Source: a virus
Lineage: Duplodnaviria; Caudoviricetes
IMG/VR virus record: IMGVR_UViG_3300037479_000621
Coordinates: 1-55,959 of that record
Direction: 5' to 3' (one strand)
Length of the DNA stretch: 55,959 bases
The notes under the pieces are model-generated. The model did not search any database. It saw nothing but the letters and a program-made list of their open reading frames with translations, and was not told the origin of the DNA. The stretch's first letter is position 1. Every line of letters begins with the position of its first letter. Position numbers and translations under genes: made by a program. Shown here one piece after another: positions 17,960 to 27,111 of the stretch.

Positions 17960-18088
17960 CGTCCCACCCTCCCCCGGAAGTGACACCGCGCCCCGCCGCC
18001 GGGTTCGGCAGGGGGCGGGCGGGGCTTTGCACATTTAATCGGCTATTCGGAAACCAGTGTTGGAAACGGGTAAATGACTGACACCCCG

Positions 18089-19405
18089 CTAACTGCCGCC
18101 GGCTGTGGACTCGTCCCGCCGGCCAGCCTCCCGTTCCAACACGGTGAGCAGGGCGTCTATGTCCGTGCCGGCGGTCGTCTCCCGTGGCACGTCTCTGCCT
18201 GCTTCCTCCTCGCCGTACTTGGGCCGGCGGACGTTCTTCTGGAGCGTCTTGGAGTACAGGAGTTTCGCACGGATGGCGTCGAAGCTGTACCCCCTGCCGG
18301 CCCGCTCGACCGCTTTGGCGATGCCGTTCAACGCCTCGGTGAGAGCGTTCGTGGCCCGGTGCTGCCAGTAGGCGAAGATGGGTTCCCGCCAGTTCGCCAC
18401 GGCGGTCAGCAGGGGACGGAACGCCGTGAGCAACTCCCGGTCGGTGATGGACCGTTCCCACTTCTGGTAGGCGTCGAGGGCGTCGGCCTTCTTGGGGATG
18501 TCGTAGATGCCGTAGAACTCCTCTTTGAGCCGGTACGCCTCGGCCAGCTTGGGGAAGACGGCGAACCAGCCGGCCATCGTCTCCTTCTGCTCGTCGGTCA
18601 GGTCGTGTGGCCGGCGAAGGAGGATGAAGCGGTCGTGCATCAGCCGGCGACGAACCTTCGCCTCCAAGCTCTCCCGCTGACTCTTGCGAATGACCTCCAT
18701 CGCCTGACTCGCCATGCGGACGACGTGGAACTTGTCAATCACCACGGCGGCGTCGGGGAACGCCTCCCGCACCGAGTCGTAGTACGGACGCCACATGTCC
18801 ATCGTGACGAGCTTCACCCGCTCGGCGTCGGGCATCCCCTTGAGGTGGGTCAGCACGGTCTTCTTGTCCCGCTTCTCCAAGACCCCGATGATGGTCCGCA
18901 GGTCCAAGTTGGTGAGGACGCACCGGGGCTTCCGCAGCAGGTGTACCTCGTCAATACCCATGCGTTCCGGGGTGTCGAAGACGGTGGTGGCGTCGAGCCG
19001 GGCGACGTAGGTGCGGAACAGGTTCCGCACCGTCTTCTCGTCCACCCCCACGTCGCCGGCCACGGCGGTGAACGTCCGCTGGATGGACTGCTCCTCGATG
19101 TACCGCACCAGCCGGCGAGTCATCTGCCTACCCTCGTCCACGTCGGGCAAGGGCTGGAGGAACGTCTGCTCGCACTCCTGACAGCGGAACCGCACCCGGT
19201 CCAGCACGATGCCGACCCGCTTGCCGTGGCTGGGCAGGTCCATCAGCAGTTGCTCACGGGTGCCGTGCCGGTAGAGCTTCGGGAAGAGGTGGTGGCAGCG
19301 GGGGCAGTAGGTCGGCGTCTCGGAGTAGGTGGCCTCCACCCGGTAGTCGTTGGCCGACTCCTTGACGGAGGCCACCTCCCACTTCGGCAGGTTCAGGAAG
19401 TTCAC
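18089..19405 (-). CDS. ISL3 family transposase
   Basis: zf-ISL3 CPRC..CQEC; GIDE; TMDMWRPY; IDKFHVV; TNALTEALN..K. Confidence 0.95.
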   Translation of the reverse strand: MNFLNLPKWEVASVKESANDYRVEATYSETPTYCPRCHHLFPKLYRHGTREQLLMDLPSHGKRVGIVLDRVRFRCQECEQTFLQPLPDVDEGRQMTRRLVRYIEEQSIQRTFTAVAGDVGVDEKTVRNLFRTYVARLDATTVFDTPERMGIDEVHLLRKPRCVLTNLDLRTIIGVLEKRDKKTVLTHLKGMPDAERVKLVTMDMWRPYYDSVREAFPDAAVVIDKFHVVRMASQAMEVIRKSQRESLEAKVRRRLMHDRFILLRRPHDLTDEQKETMAGWFAVFPKLAEAYRLKEEFYGIYDIPKKADALDAYQKWERSITDRELLTAFRPLLTAVANWREPIFAYWQHRATNALTEALNGIAKAVERAGRGYSFDAIRAKLLYSKTLQKNVRRPKYGEEEAGRDVPRETTAGTDIDALLTVLEREAGRRDESTAGGS

Positions 19406-19408
19406 GCC

Positions 19409-19675
19409 TCAGCACCCCAGCGGGCCAAGGATGGGGTGCCACTGGCCCCGGACGGATTGCAGGTGTTGGAGGTCGGAGGCGGACATCGGCTCCCACGGCG
19501 AGCCGTCCGGGTAGGGCACGCCGCCCTCCATCAGCACCCGCCGCTCGATGCCCCCGTCCGCCGTGCGGCGGTACTGGAACACCTTCTTGGCGTTGTCGTT
19601 GGGGTCACGGAGTTCGACGGTCGGGATGCCGTCCGTCTCGACCATGCGACCGCCGTAGTCGCTCAGCTTGCTCAC
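19409..19675 (-). CDS. IS passenger hypothetical protein
   Basis: Coupled ORF inside the IRs. Confidence 0.6.
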   Translation of the reverse strand: MSKLSDYGGRMVETDGIPTVELRDPNDNAKKVFQYRRTADGGIERRVLMEGGVPYPDGSPWEPMSASDLQHLQSVRGQWHPILGPLGC

Positions 19676-19905
19676 GACTGGCCCTCCTCGGAAACCCGGT
19701 ATCCCGCCGCCTTCATCGCCGCCATCATCTCCTCTCTGGCCCCCTCGACCAGATACACTTCGCCGTCCTGCTCGATGCCGACCGACCCGAACTGGTCGGG
19801 CAGCTTCACCTCCATGTCGTGCAGCCGCAGGTCGAACCCCACGTCGAGCGGGGCCAACCGCAGGTCGCCCACGCAGGTCTGTCCGGTCGCCAGCGTCTTT
19901 TTCAT
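19672..19905 (-). CDS. IS passenger hypothetical protein
   Basis: AGGAG SD, ATG 19905. Confidence 0.6.
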   Translation of the reverse strand: MKKTLATGQTCVGDLRLAPLDVGFDLRLHDMEVKLPDQFGSVGIEQDGEVYLVEGAREEMMAAMKAAGYRVSEEGQS

Positions 19906-19966
19906 CGCCGTGTCTCCTGTGAAGGGCCGGCGGGGAAACCTCCCCGCCGGCACGTGGCCGCTCTGC

Positions 19967-20233
19967 TCACCCATCAATCACGTCGAACCGCTTCGTGTCG
20001 CCGGTCATCTCCCACCCGCCGTCCTCGTCCACCGTGAGGACGGCCCGTGCCGACCGGCTGAACCCGTCCGAGCAGTGCAGCATCCACACGCCCGGCTCGG
20101 TGATGACGAGTTGCCCTTTGGCGTTCTTCTCGGCCCACCTCGCCGAATCGCCGTTGCCCTGCCGGGCCGAATGCCGGCCACGGGAGAGGGTGCCGTACTG
20201 ACTGGTGACGACGATTGCGATAGACTGGCTCAT
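19967..20233 (-). CDS. IS passenger hypothetical protein
   Basis: GAGGAG SD; TAGACA-17-TATACT promoter upstream. Confidence 0.65.
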   Translation of the reverse strand: MSQSIAIVVTSQYGTLSRGRHSARQGNGDSARWAEKNAKGQLVITEPGVWMLHCSDGFSRSARAVLTVDEDGGWEMTGDTKRFDVIDG

Positions 20234-20484
20234 GACGACTCCTCTTACTCAGGGGTTGTCCGGGGCCGGGGTGTTAGCAGCACCGCCGGCCCCACTTCTT
20301 TCCGTCCGGTCACACCGACCAGACTTCGGATTCCACTGTTGAAAGTATACGGTCGGGGCCTGCCCCTGTCTACACCAAATTCCGATTTTTCTTCAGATTG
20401 TCAGAGACGAGCTTCCAACACCCTATTCCGAATAGCCCATTTTTTGTGCAACTCGCATTTCTTGTGCAAAGCCGGCGGGCGGGG

Positions 20485-20712
20485 TTACGACTGCTTGGGC
20501 TTGTGCTGTGGGCAGTACCAGCAGCGGCCGACCCGGACCCAGCCCGTCGCGATCTCTGCCCCGCGCTTCTCGGCCTCGCGGATGTTCGTGGCCTCGCCCA
20601 GTCCTGCGAGGACGACCGATTCGCCGCAGTCCGGGTCGGCACAATCGACGTGCCATTCGGGCCATTCGATGCAGTAGCACTGCCCCTTCGGCGCTCGCCA
20701 TCGTCGTGCCAT
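20485..20712 (-). CDS. Cys-rich small protein
   Basis: GGAGG SD; Cys/His ligands. Confidence 0.55.
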   Translation of the reverse strand: MARRWRAPKGQCYCIEWPEWHVDCADPDCGESVVLAGLGEATNIREAEKRGAEIATGWVRVGRCWYCPQHKPKQS

Positions 20713-20749
20713 GTCTCCCTCCCCCGTTCCCCCGCCCGCGGGCGGCGTG

Positions 20750-21019
20750 TCAGTTTCCCACCATCGCCCGCAGCTCGTCGCCAGTCGGCTTGCGGCCGGT
20801 CACGAACTGGAACAGCGCCTTGACCGCCTTCTCTTCGGCCCGCGCCGCCGTCAGGTAGCCGCGCTTCTCGTTTGCCTTCTTCGTGGACTCGATGGTGGCG
20901 AGCGTCGCGGCGCGGATGAGTTGCACCAGTTCCGCCGCCATCATCTCCGGCGACCGCGCCGAGATGGGCTGTCCGCCCTCTTCCAGAGCCGCCTTCAGAA
21001 ACTTGTCAGCGTCAACCAT
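20750..21019 (-). CDS. Hypothetical protein
   Basis: GGAGG SD. Confidence 0.6.
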   Translation of the reverse strand: MVDADKFLKAALEEGGQPISARSPEMMAAELVQLIRAATLATIESTKKANEKRGYLTAARAEEKAVKALFQFVTGRKPTGDELRAMVGN

Positions 21020-21070
21020 CGTGTCGCCTCCGTCTGTGCCCGCCGCGGCGGGCGAAAGGGGGTGTGGGGG

Positions 21071-21241
21071 TTACGCGCTTGGCTCGCCCTCGGTCTGCTC
21101 CTCCTCGCGCTTGCGGGCGAGGTAGTCGCACCAGTCGGCCCGGAGTGAGTGGTAGTCGCTCGCGGTCGGGTTGTCGTCGGCGATCTCCTCCGCGTGTTCG
21201 CGGAGTCGCTCGGCCTCGTCGCGCAGTTCGTCGGGGTCCAT
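21071..21241 (-). CDS. Small acidic protein
   Basis: MDPDELRDEAERL, GGAG SD. Confidence 0.5.
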   Translation of the reverse strand: MDPDELRDEAERLREHAEEIADDNPTASDYHSLRADWCDYLARKREEEQTEGEPSA

Positions 21242-21258
21242 GTCGGTTCTCCGGAGGG

Positions 21259-21624
21259 TCACAGGCTGGATAACCTTTGGGCTTTCCGGTACAGCGCACC
21301 GTGACGGACGCAACAATACTTTTGTTTCGCCGTCCCTCGGAGCTGTTGCCCGCAGTACAGGCACACACGAGAGTGAATCGACTGAGACAGGCTTCGCGTG
21401 GTGGCCTGCCTACGGCGACTCTTGGCGTGCGCATCGCGATTGCTACATTCCCGGCATGCAGCCGAGTGACCACCTCGCAGGGTGTTTCCGGGAATTTTTC
21501 TTTCCGCCCCGCACTCGCAGCGGCACACCCAGACAATCTGGCCGGCAGAACCTCGTTCGTCGGCAGGTCGTAGCACCGTCCACTTCTCGAAAGTCTGTCC
21601 GGTCAGATCGATTGGGGCGGACAC
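21259..21624 (-). CDS. Homing-endonuclease-type N-terminal DNA-binding domain without nuclease domain
   Basis: IDLTGQTFEKWTVL...WVCRCECG...LRGGHSAAC. Confidence 0.6.
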   Translation of the reverse strand: MSAPIDLTGQTFEKWTVLRPADERGSAGQIVWVCRCECGAERKIPGNTLRGGHSAACRECSNRDAHAKSRRRQATTRSLSQSIHSRVCLYCGQQLRGTAKQKYCCVRHGALYRKAQRLSSL

Positions 21625-21695
21625 TCCGGATTTTGGTGTTGCCACGACAAGCTCCAAGACAGGCCCCGGCGGGTGAGGCTGGGGCCAAATGGGGA

Positions 21696-21941
21696 CTATT
21701 CTTCCGGGGTCAGAATCAGGCGGCCGGCTTCCTTTTCGCCCATAATCTGATAGCCGTCCGTGTCGTCCACGTACAGCCAGTTCCGACCGAGGAAGTGGCG
21801 AATCTTCCCGTTCGCCACGTTGTTCCCTTCCTCGTCTAACACCAGATAGACCGGGCTTTCGCAAGCGTCCCAAATCCTGCCGAAGTCGCAACCCCGGTTC
21901 TGGCTCTCGCGGCCCAGTTCGCTCAGTTGGGTCGTCGTCAC
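21696..21941 (-). CDS. Hypothetical protein
   Basis: GGAGG SD. Confidence 0.55.
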   Translation of the reverse strand: MTTTQLSELGRESQNRGCDFGRIWDACESPVYLVLDEEGNNVANGKIRHFLGRNWLYVDDTDGYQIMGEKEAGRLILTPEE

Positions 21942-22063
21942 GGTCTTCCCTCCAGGTTGTGCCCGCCGGTGGTTCCGGCGGGCGGGTCACTCGTCCGCCC
22001 CACTAGATAATACGTCCGCCGGGCAGATTTGTCACACAAATTCCGAGATTTTGTCCGACATTT

Positions 22064-22246
22064 TCATTTCCCCTTGGTTTCCCGCTGTTTCCGCGTTCTC
22101 ATTTTTGCCAAAATCAGCATGAGCGCGGCGTGCTCCTCGTCCGTCCCCCGGTAGGACTGCTGCCGGGAACCGGGGGGCAGTGGCGCGCGGCCGTACTTCG
22201 GGGGGCGACCCCGGCCGCGCTTCTCGGGCTGTGGCGTCTGGGCCAT
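22064..22246 (-). CDS. AT-hook/RHH-like small regulator
   Basis: KRGRGRPPKYG. Confidence 0.55.
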   Translation of the reverse strand: MAQTPQPEKRGRGRPPKYGRAPLPPGSRQQSYRGTDEEHAALMLILAKMRTRKQRETKGK

Positions 22247-22340
22247 TGGGACACTCCGGGGTTGATTGCCGATGCCACAGGGTATACCATATGTCCGACA
22301 AAATCAAGCGCGGCACCAAGCCCGCCCGGAGGAAAGCCCC

Positions 22341-22981
22341 GTGACCGAAGACGCCGAGTTCGCCGCGCTCATGCTCGCCTGCGAGAAGTCGGACGATTCG
22401 ACGCCGCTACTCGTCTTCGCGGACTGGTGCGACCAGCACGACCGGGACGAACTCGCCTACGCGCTGCGGTGGTGCGCCGGGCACGGCAAGCGGCCGTTCT
22501 TCCGGCCGGGCATCAAGCGCCGCCCGTGGGACGGCGCGGGGCGTGGGTGGAGGTGGAAACGACGCGGCGGATTGACGTGGTGCGCATCGGACCCGCCGAA
22601 CACCGGCACGACGACCACCCGCCACGACACGTCCGCCTCGAATTCGCCCGCGGCTTCGTCCGCCGGGTCGAGTTCCGCCACTGGACCGACTGCGACCACG
22701 TGCTGCCCCTCATCCTCGCGGACCAGCCGTTGTGCGAGCCGGGGATTCAGAGGATACCGCGCACGACAGACACAGACAAGCCAGCCGCGTTCCTGTTCAG
22801 GTCGCTGTGCGGTCCGGTGTGGGATTTGGTCGAAGGTGCTGATGCGGAGATAGTCGCCACTCATGACCGGGGCGACAAGACGTTCTTCGCCGGCCCCAAC
22901 AACGATGCCCCCGAGCGTGCCCGCCGTGCCCTAGCGGACGCCCTCAAGCGCCGCTGCCGGGACCGGGCGGGGGCGGGTTAG
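22341..22981 (+). pseudogene. Frameshifted TIGR02996-like protein
   Basis: N-terminal DDSTPLLVFADW in one frame, EFARGFVRRV body in the -1 frame. Confidence 0.55.
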
Positions 22982-22989
22982 GCGCGTAA
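22978..22989 (+). repeat. Dispersed 12-bp motif (perfect)
   Basis: TTAGGCGCGTAA overlapping stop. Confidence 0.9.
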
Positions 22990-23044
22990 GGCGGACGGGG
23001 CGCAGGAGCGCACCCGTGATTGGACACCCGCGATTGTGGGACGA

Positions 23045-23251
23045 TGCGCCACCTTATTGTCACCTTACACGGACAGAAACGAGTCGGGACGGATTCGGCG
23101 AGTCAAGGGCGCGACGCGAATTCCGCATTTTCTAGCATTCCCCGCCGGTTCGGGGATAATCCGGTTATGGGTGCGGTTCGCGGGATTTGCCGTGTTTTCT
23201 AGGCCGTTTCGCAATTTCCTCTGCCCACTGCGCCACCTTACCGCCACCTAA
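23045..23251. other. Putative attP with integrase arm-type direct repeats
   Basis: tgcgccacctta-ttgtcacctta (23045-67) and tgcgccacctta-ccgccacctaa (23229-51) flank the integrase 3' end. Confidence 0.6.
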
Positions 23252-24322
23252 CAGCGCCTTATCCATCGCCGCCGCCGTGCTCGCACCCGAGGCGTGGATG
23301 TACGTGTCGCACACGGTCTGTACGGTGTCGCCCAGGTCGCGCGCCACGTCCCCCACGCCGATGCCCTGCGCAATCCACACGGTCGCGCAGGAGTGGCGGA
23401 GTTGGTGCGGGGAGCGGTACTTCAGTTTCAGCCGCTTGAGGAGCGTGCGGAAGCGGTTGCGGACGGCGTGATCCGCCTGCCGCTTCCGGCCACTGCCGGG
23501 GAAAAGGACGCCCGCCCTGCGACCCCGGACGGCCGCGACCAGAACCGGGCGGACGACGGCGGGAACCGGGATCGTGCGGACGCTGTACTCCGACTTCGGC
23601 GGTCGTAGCCCGTGTTCGGTGTCGTAGGTCTTGGTGACCGACAGCGTGTTCCGCGCGGCGTCGAAGTCGGGCACGTCCAGCGCGAGCGCCTCGCCGATCC
23701 GCAGCCCCATTGCGGCCATGACCGCGAACACGCCGTCCTTGCGGGCGGTCGCGGCCCCGATGACGCGGACCAGTTCGCCAGCCGAGAACGGACTGATGGC
23801 GGGCTTCCGGCCACGCGGCTTGAGGGCGTCGGCGATGGGGTTGCGGTCGATGAGGCTGGCCCGCCGCGCGGCCTCCAGGCAGATGTTGAAGTGGCTCAGG
23901 TTTTTCAGGAGCGTGTTGGGGCCGAGTTTACCCACGGGCTTCGCCCACTTCCGGGACTCCGCCTCAACGTCGTGGGCGGTGAGCTGGCGGACGCGGTAGT
24001 GGCCGAAGGTGGGCAGGATGTACTTGTCGAGAGTGTTCCGGTAGTCGGCGCGGGACGAGTCGCGCACCCCGAGTCCGGCGTACCACCGCTCCGCCCACGC
24101 CCGGACGGTGGAATCCGGGCCGGGCCGCTCGACCGCCCGCATCTTCTCGACCACCTCCCCCTGCGTCGCCCCCGAAACTTGCACGTAGCGGGTGCCGCCG
24201 TTCTCGTACCGCCCGACTGGTACTCTGGCGACGTAACCACCCCGGCGCGAATCTTGGAATATCGAGCCGGTCCCGCGGGCGCGGCGCTTGGGGGCGGGCT
24301 TCCGCCGACGCTTGCTCGACAT
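23165..24322 (-). CDS. int: Tyrosine integrase
   Basis: RARGTGSI arm-binding N-terminus; GLRIGE (R), PPKS (K), HQLRH, TY (Y). Confidence 0.93.
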   Translation of the reverse strand: MSSKRRRKPAPKRRARGTGSIFQDSRRGGYVARVPVGRYENGGTRYVQVSGATQGEVVEKMRAVERPGPDSTVRAWAERWYAGLGVRDSSRADYRNTLDKYILPTFGHYRVRQLTAHDVEAESRKWAKPVGKLGPNTLLKNLSHFNICLEAARRASLIDRNPIADALKPRGRKPAISPFSAGELVRVIGAATARKDGVFAVMAAMGLRIGEALALDVPDFDAARNTLSVTKTYDTEHGLRPPKSEYSVRTIPVPAVVRPVLVAAVRGRRAGVLFPGSGRKRQADHAVRNRFRTLLKRLKLKYRSPHQLRHSCATVWIAQGIGVGDVARDLGDTVQTVCDTYIHASGASTAAAMDKALLGGGKVAQWAEEIAKRPRKHGKSREPHP

Positions 24323-24594
24323 GGGAATTCTCCGAAAATTCCGATTCGGCGCTTGACAAGTGGTGAATGTGGTTTCACTATGTCAGTGTGTACAGAATCG
24401 CAAAGTTCGCTTGACGGTCGTCCTATCGGTCTGACGGTCGTCAAAGCAAGATTCGGACGCCGGTCTGAAACTGAGATTCGGGGCGCACGAAAAGTGAAGA
24501 ATTCGGAGTGTGCGGTTCTGGACACGACGGACGAGCGCGAGCTAAATTGTCCGCGCGGAATTGAAGACGCATTTCTAGGAAAGGGATCAGGCCC

Positions 24595-24831
24595 ATGTCA
24601 TCCGCCAACATTTCTCGGGACGACGTGTTGAAGATGTTCGACACAGGCGACCTGTACGGCCTTGTGCTCTCTGTCGGCCGGGCGTGGGTCGGGAAAGACC
24701 ACCCGAAGGCCCAGTACGGCCTGATCGTGGTTCATCTCGGTGACAACGTGCCCGACGCCCAAGTGCCGCTCATTCTTTCGGCTTCTTCCCCTGTTTCTGG
24801 ACTTCCGCCTCAGCCTCTTTCAGCAGATTGA
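24595..24831 (+). CDS. Hypothetical protein convergent with the repressor-like gene
   Basis: TTGACA-17-CACTAT promoter at about 24354-24382. Confidence 0.45.
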   Translation: MSSANISRDDVLKMFDTGDLYGLVLSVGRAWVGKDHPKAQYGLIVVHLGDNVPDAQVPLILSASSPVSGLPPQPLSAD

Positions 24832-25033
24832 TTGCCTTCTCGTGGAGTTTGTAGCGTGCGGCAATCGGCCCCCGCAGGATGGGGTCCAGGAGTTTTGCCG
24901 AACTGACTTCCGGCCCGAGAACGCGGAGAATCCAGGAAATCATTTCCGCGATGTCGGGGTTCACCCGCACGTGCCGGGTGCCACCGTCGGCGTCCTCCGA
25001 CCGCGGCCGACCGCCCTTTCTCGGCTTCGCCAT
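24770..25033 (-). CDS. RHH-like regulator (repressor position)
   Basis: GGRPR...TRHVRVNPDIAEMISWI. Confidence 0.65.
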   Translation of the reverse strand: MAKPRKGGRPRSEDADGGTRHVRVNPDIAEMISWILRVLGPEVSSAKLLDPILRGPIAARYKLHEKAINLLKEAEAEVQKQGKKPKE

Positions 25034-25039
25034 CGGCAA

Positions 25040-25185
25040 TTCCACCGCTCCGAACATTTCGTGACCTCGTTAACTGTGGACAGTTTCCAGCATTAAGAGC
25101 ATTCGGTCAACACTTCCGGAAATTTTGTGGTTGCACAGCGACAGTTTCCTGTATACAGTATCCCTAGCCACACGGACACAGAGGG
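25040..25185. promoter_or_regulatory. Divergent promoter/operator region of the genetic switch
   Basis: TTGCAC-17-TACAGT rightward; repeated gacagtttcc at about 25080 and 25140. Confidence 0.6.
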
Positions 25186-25189
25186 CGGC

Positions 25190-25423
25190 ATGGCAACGAC
25201 CACCGCAGAAAAGCGAGAGACCCGGCACGTCCGCGTGTACGAGGAGATGGCTGACAAGATCGGCTGGATTGTCGAACTGGGCGATACGACTTCGGCCGCG
25301 CTGTTGGAAGAAATCGCCGGGCGCGCCGTCGCCAAGCGGTTCGCCAAGATCAAGGCCCGCGTCGATGCGATCAAGGCGGCGAAGGCAGGGAAGCACATCG
25401 AACTCGGAGAAGCCGGAGCCTGA
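25190..25423 (+). CDS. RHH-like regulator (Cro position), paralog of 24770-25033
   Basis: TRHVRVYEEMADKIGWI. Confidence 0.7.
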   Translation: MATTTAEKRETRHVRVYEEMADKIGWIVELGDTTSAALLEEIAGRAVAKRFAKIKARVDAIKAAKAGKHIELGEAGA

Positions 25424-25428
25424 CACCC

Positions 25429-25701
25429 ATGCCCGCGCCCACCCCCGAGACCCGCGACCTGTTCCGCGACGGTGCCCTGACCGTCCGCGCGGCGCAGGAG
25501 TTCTCGGGGCTGTCGCGGAACGAGCTGTGGGACCGGATGGACGACGGGACGCTGCCGTGGTTCATGCACGGCAAGGCGCGGCTACTGTCGCGCCGGGCGC
25601 TGGCGGACTACCTGGAGCGACTGTACGCGACCACGCCGCAGCCGAAGCGGAAGCGGGCGGTGCCGAAGCGCCGCGCGACCCGCGCCGGCTTAGGCGCGTA
25701 A
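25429..25701 (+). CDS. Excisionase-like HTH protein
   Basis: LTVRAAQEFSGLSRNELWDRMDDGTLP...RLLSRRALADYL. Confidence 0.7.
   Translation: MPAPTPETRDLFRDGALTVRAAQEFSGLSRNELWDRMDDGTLPWFMHGKARLLSRRALADYLERLYATTPQPKRKRAVPKRRATRAGLGA
25690..25701 (+). repeat. Dispersed 12-bp motif (perfect)
   Basis: Forms the gene end including the TAA stop. Confidence 0.9.
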
Positions 25702-25819
25702 GGAGAAACCGCCCCGTGACCTTCCTCCCCGCCCCCGGCCCGGTGCCGGTGCTGAGTGACGACGCGGCGGCGTGGCTGGTGCTGTGGGCGCTGGTGAACA
25801 TGCCGGAGGAGCCGAAGCC

Positions 25820-26566
25820 GTGACCAAGACCGCCCGAGCGAAGCCGCCGAAACCCACCCCACCCCCGACGCTCCTGCCGCACCTGGCGGGATGCATGGAT
25901 GGCCCGCCGGCACCAGAGCCGTGGGTGTGGGGCAGTTACGACGCGCGACAACGGCTCATCGACTCGTCGCTGCCCCGGTGGGTGCGCACGGTGCTCCTTG
26001 CCGAGTGCGCCCGCGTCGTGCTCCCGGTGTGGGAAGCCTACGACGCGGGCGACTTCCGACCGCACTGGGCGATCATCTGGGCCGTGGCACACGCGCTGAG
26101 CCCAACCCCAAAGGCTCGCGCGGCTCGCGCGGCTCGCGCGGCTCGCGCGGCTGACGCGGCTGACGCGGCTCGCGCGGCTGACGCGGCTGACGCGGCTCGC
26201 GCGGCTCGCGCGGCTCGCGCGGCTCGCGCGGCTGACGCGGCTGACGCGGCTCGCGCGGCTCGCGCGGCTGACGCGGCTGAAAACGCACAGTGGCGGTGGA
26301 CGCACCGGGCCTTCCTCGCCGCGTGCCGCCCCGCGACGTGGCGCACCGACTGGCACACGTCCACAGTCGTTTGCCTCGCGCGGCGCATCTTCCGCAAGCT
26401 CGAATTCGGATCAATGCCGATCCTGGCGGACGCGCTCCAGGACGCGGGGTGCGACAGCGACGACGTGCTGGAACGACTCCGCGACCCGAGCGCCGTGCTG
26501 ACCCGTGCCGACTGCGCCCTGTGGCTGCCGCTCGGGATCGGCGACCATTCGGAGGTAGCCCAGTGA
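25820..26566 (+). CDS. Planctomycete-type protein with Ala-rich repeat and [13 protein letters not shown]-terminal motif
   Basis: [10 protein letters not shown]...[13 protein letters not shown]. Confidence 0.7.
   Translation: MTKTARAKPPKPTPPPTLLPHLAGCMDGPPAPEPWVWGSYDARQRLIDSSLPRWVRTVLLAECARVVLPVWEAYDAGDFRPHWAIIWAVAHALSPTPKARAARAARAARAADAADAARAADAADAARAARAARAARAADAADAARAARAADAAENAQWRWTHRAFLAACRPATWRTDWHTSTVVCLARRIFRKLEFGSMPILADALQDAGCDSDDVLERLRDPSAVLTRADCALWLPLGIGDHSEVAQ
26114..26281 (+). repeat. Two-unit 9-bp tandem repeat (gctcgcgcg / gctgacgcg) x18
   Basis: Encodes ARA and ADA units. Confidence 0.95.
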
Positions 26567-26691
26567 CCGGCCTCGAACTCGTCCTCGCCTGCGCCGCGTT
26601 CGTGTTCCTCGTGTGGGGACTGCTGGAGTCGCAGAAGAACCGGATGCGGGAACTGGTGGGGCTGGGCGAGCGGGTGTGCAACCGAAACTGA
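26563..26691 (+). CDS. Small membrane protein
   Basis: GGAGG SD; [16 protein letters not shown]. Confidence 0.5.
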   Translation: MTGLELVLACAAFVFLVWGLLESQKNRMRELVGLGERVCNRN

Positions 26692-26775
26692 CACCGGGCA
26701 TTCCCCGGACGGCGGCGAGCGGGCTAACGGGCGAGTACCGCCCGCCGTCCGGGGTTCAGACGCGAGGGGAAGGCG

Positions 26776-27111
26776 ATGCGAATCGAAGTAACGGCTGAGG
26801 ACATTGTGAAGGGAAAGCGGATGGACTGCGGGTTGTGCCCCGTCGCGCTTGCCATCAAGCGGGCGACCGGGACCGCTTTCAGCGTGGGCTACATGACCTG
26901 TTGCCCCGCGGGTGGAACGGTTCGCGACCGGCTGGAATTGCCGGCCGAGGCACGCGCCTTCGTCCACGACTTCGACTGCCACATGCAGACCGCACCATTC
27001 GCCTTCGACCTTGACATCCCGGATGCCGCCAAGCGCACCGACCGCATCCCGGTCGAGGCCACGCGGCGGGAACTGGTCGCGGGGCTGAACGAGATTGACG
27101 AGACGGCGTGA
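26776..27111 (+). CDS. Hypothetical protein (paralog of 28479-28763)
   Basis: VTAEDI..G...CGLCPVALAI. Confidence 0.65.
   Translation: MRIEVTAEDIVKGKRMDCGLCPVALAIKRATGTAFSVGYMTCCPAGGTVRDRLELPAEARAFVHDFDCHMQTAPFAFDLDIPDAAKRTDRIPVEATRRELVAGLNEIDETA

Larger units (their letters stand above)
18041..20437 (-). mobile_element. ISL3-family element with three passenger genes
   Basis: 25-bp imperfect terminal IRs ggctattcggaaaccagtgttggaa / ttccaacaccctattccgaatagcc enclose transposase and 3 ORFs. Confidence 0.85.

Noticed and set aside
18074-20677. 867-aa + strand ORF
   Set aside because: Antisense shadow of the ISL3 transposase and its passengers
246-21082. Weaker copies of the 12-bp motif at 246, 9013 and 21071
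   Set aside because: Two or more differences; could be chance, so not counted
23100-23200. tRNA 3'-end fragment as the att core
   Set aside because: No convincing T-arm, acceptor or CCA sequence; the core cannot be defined without attB
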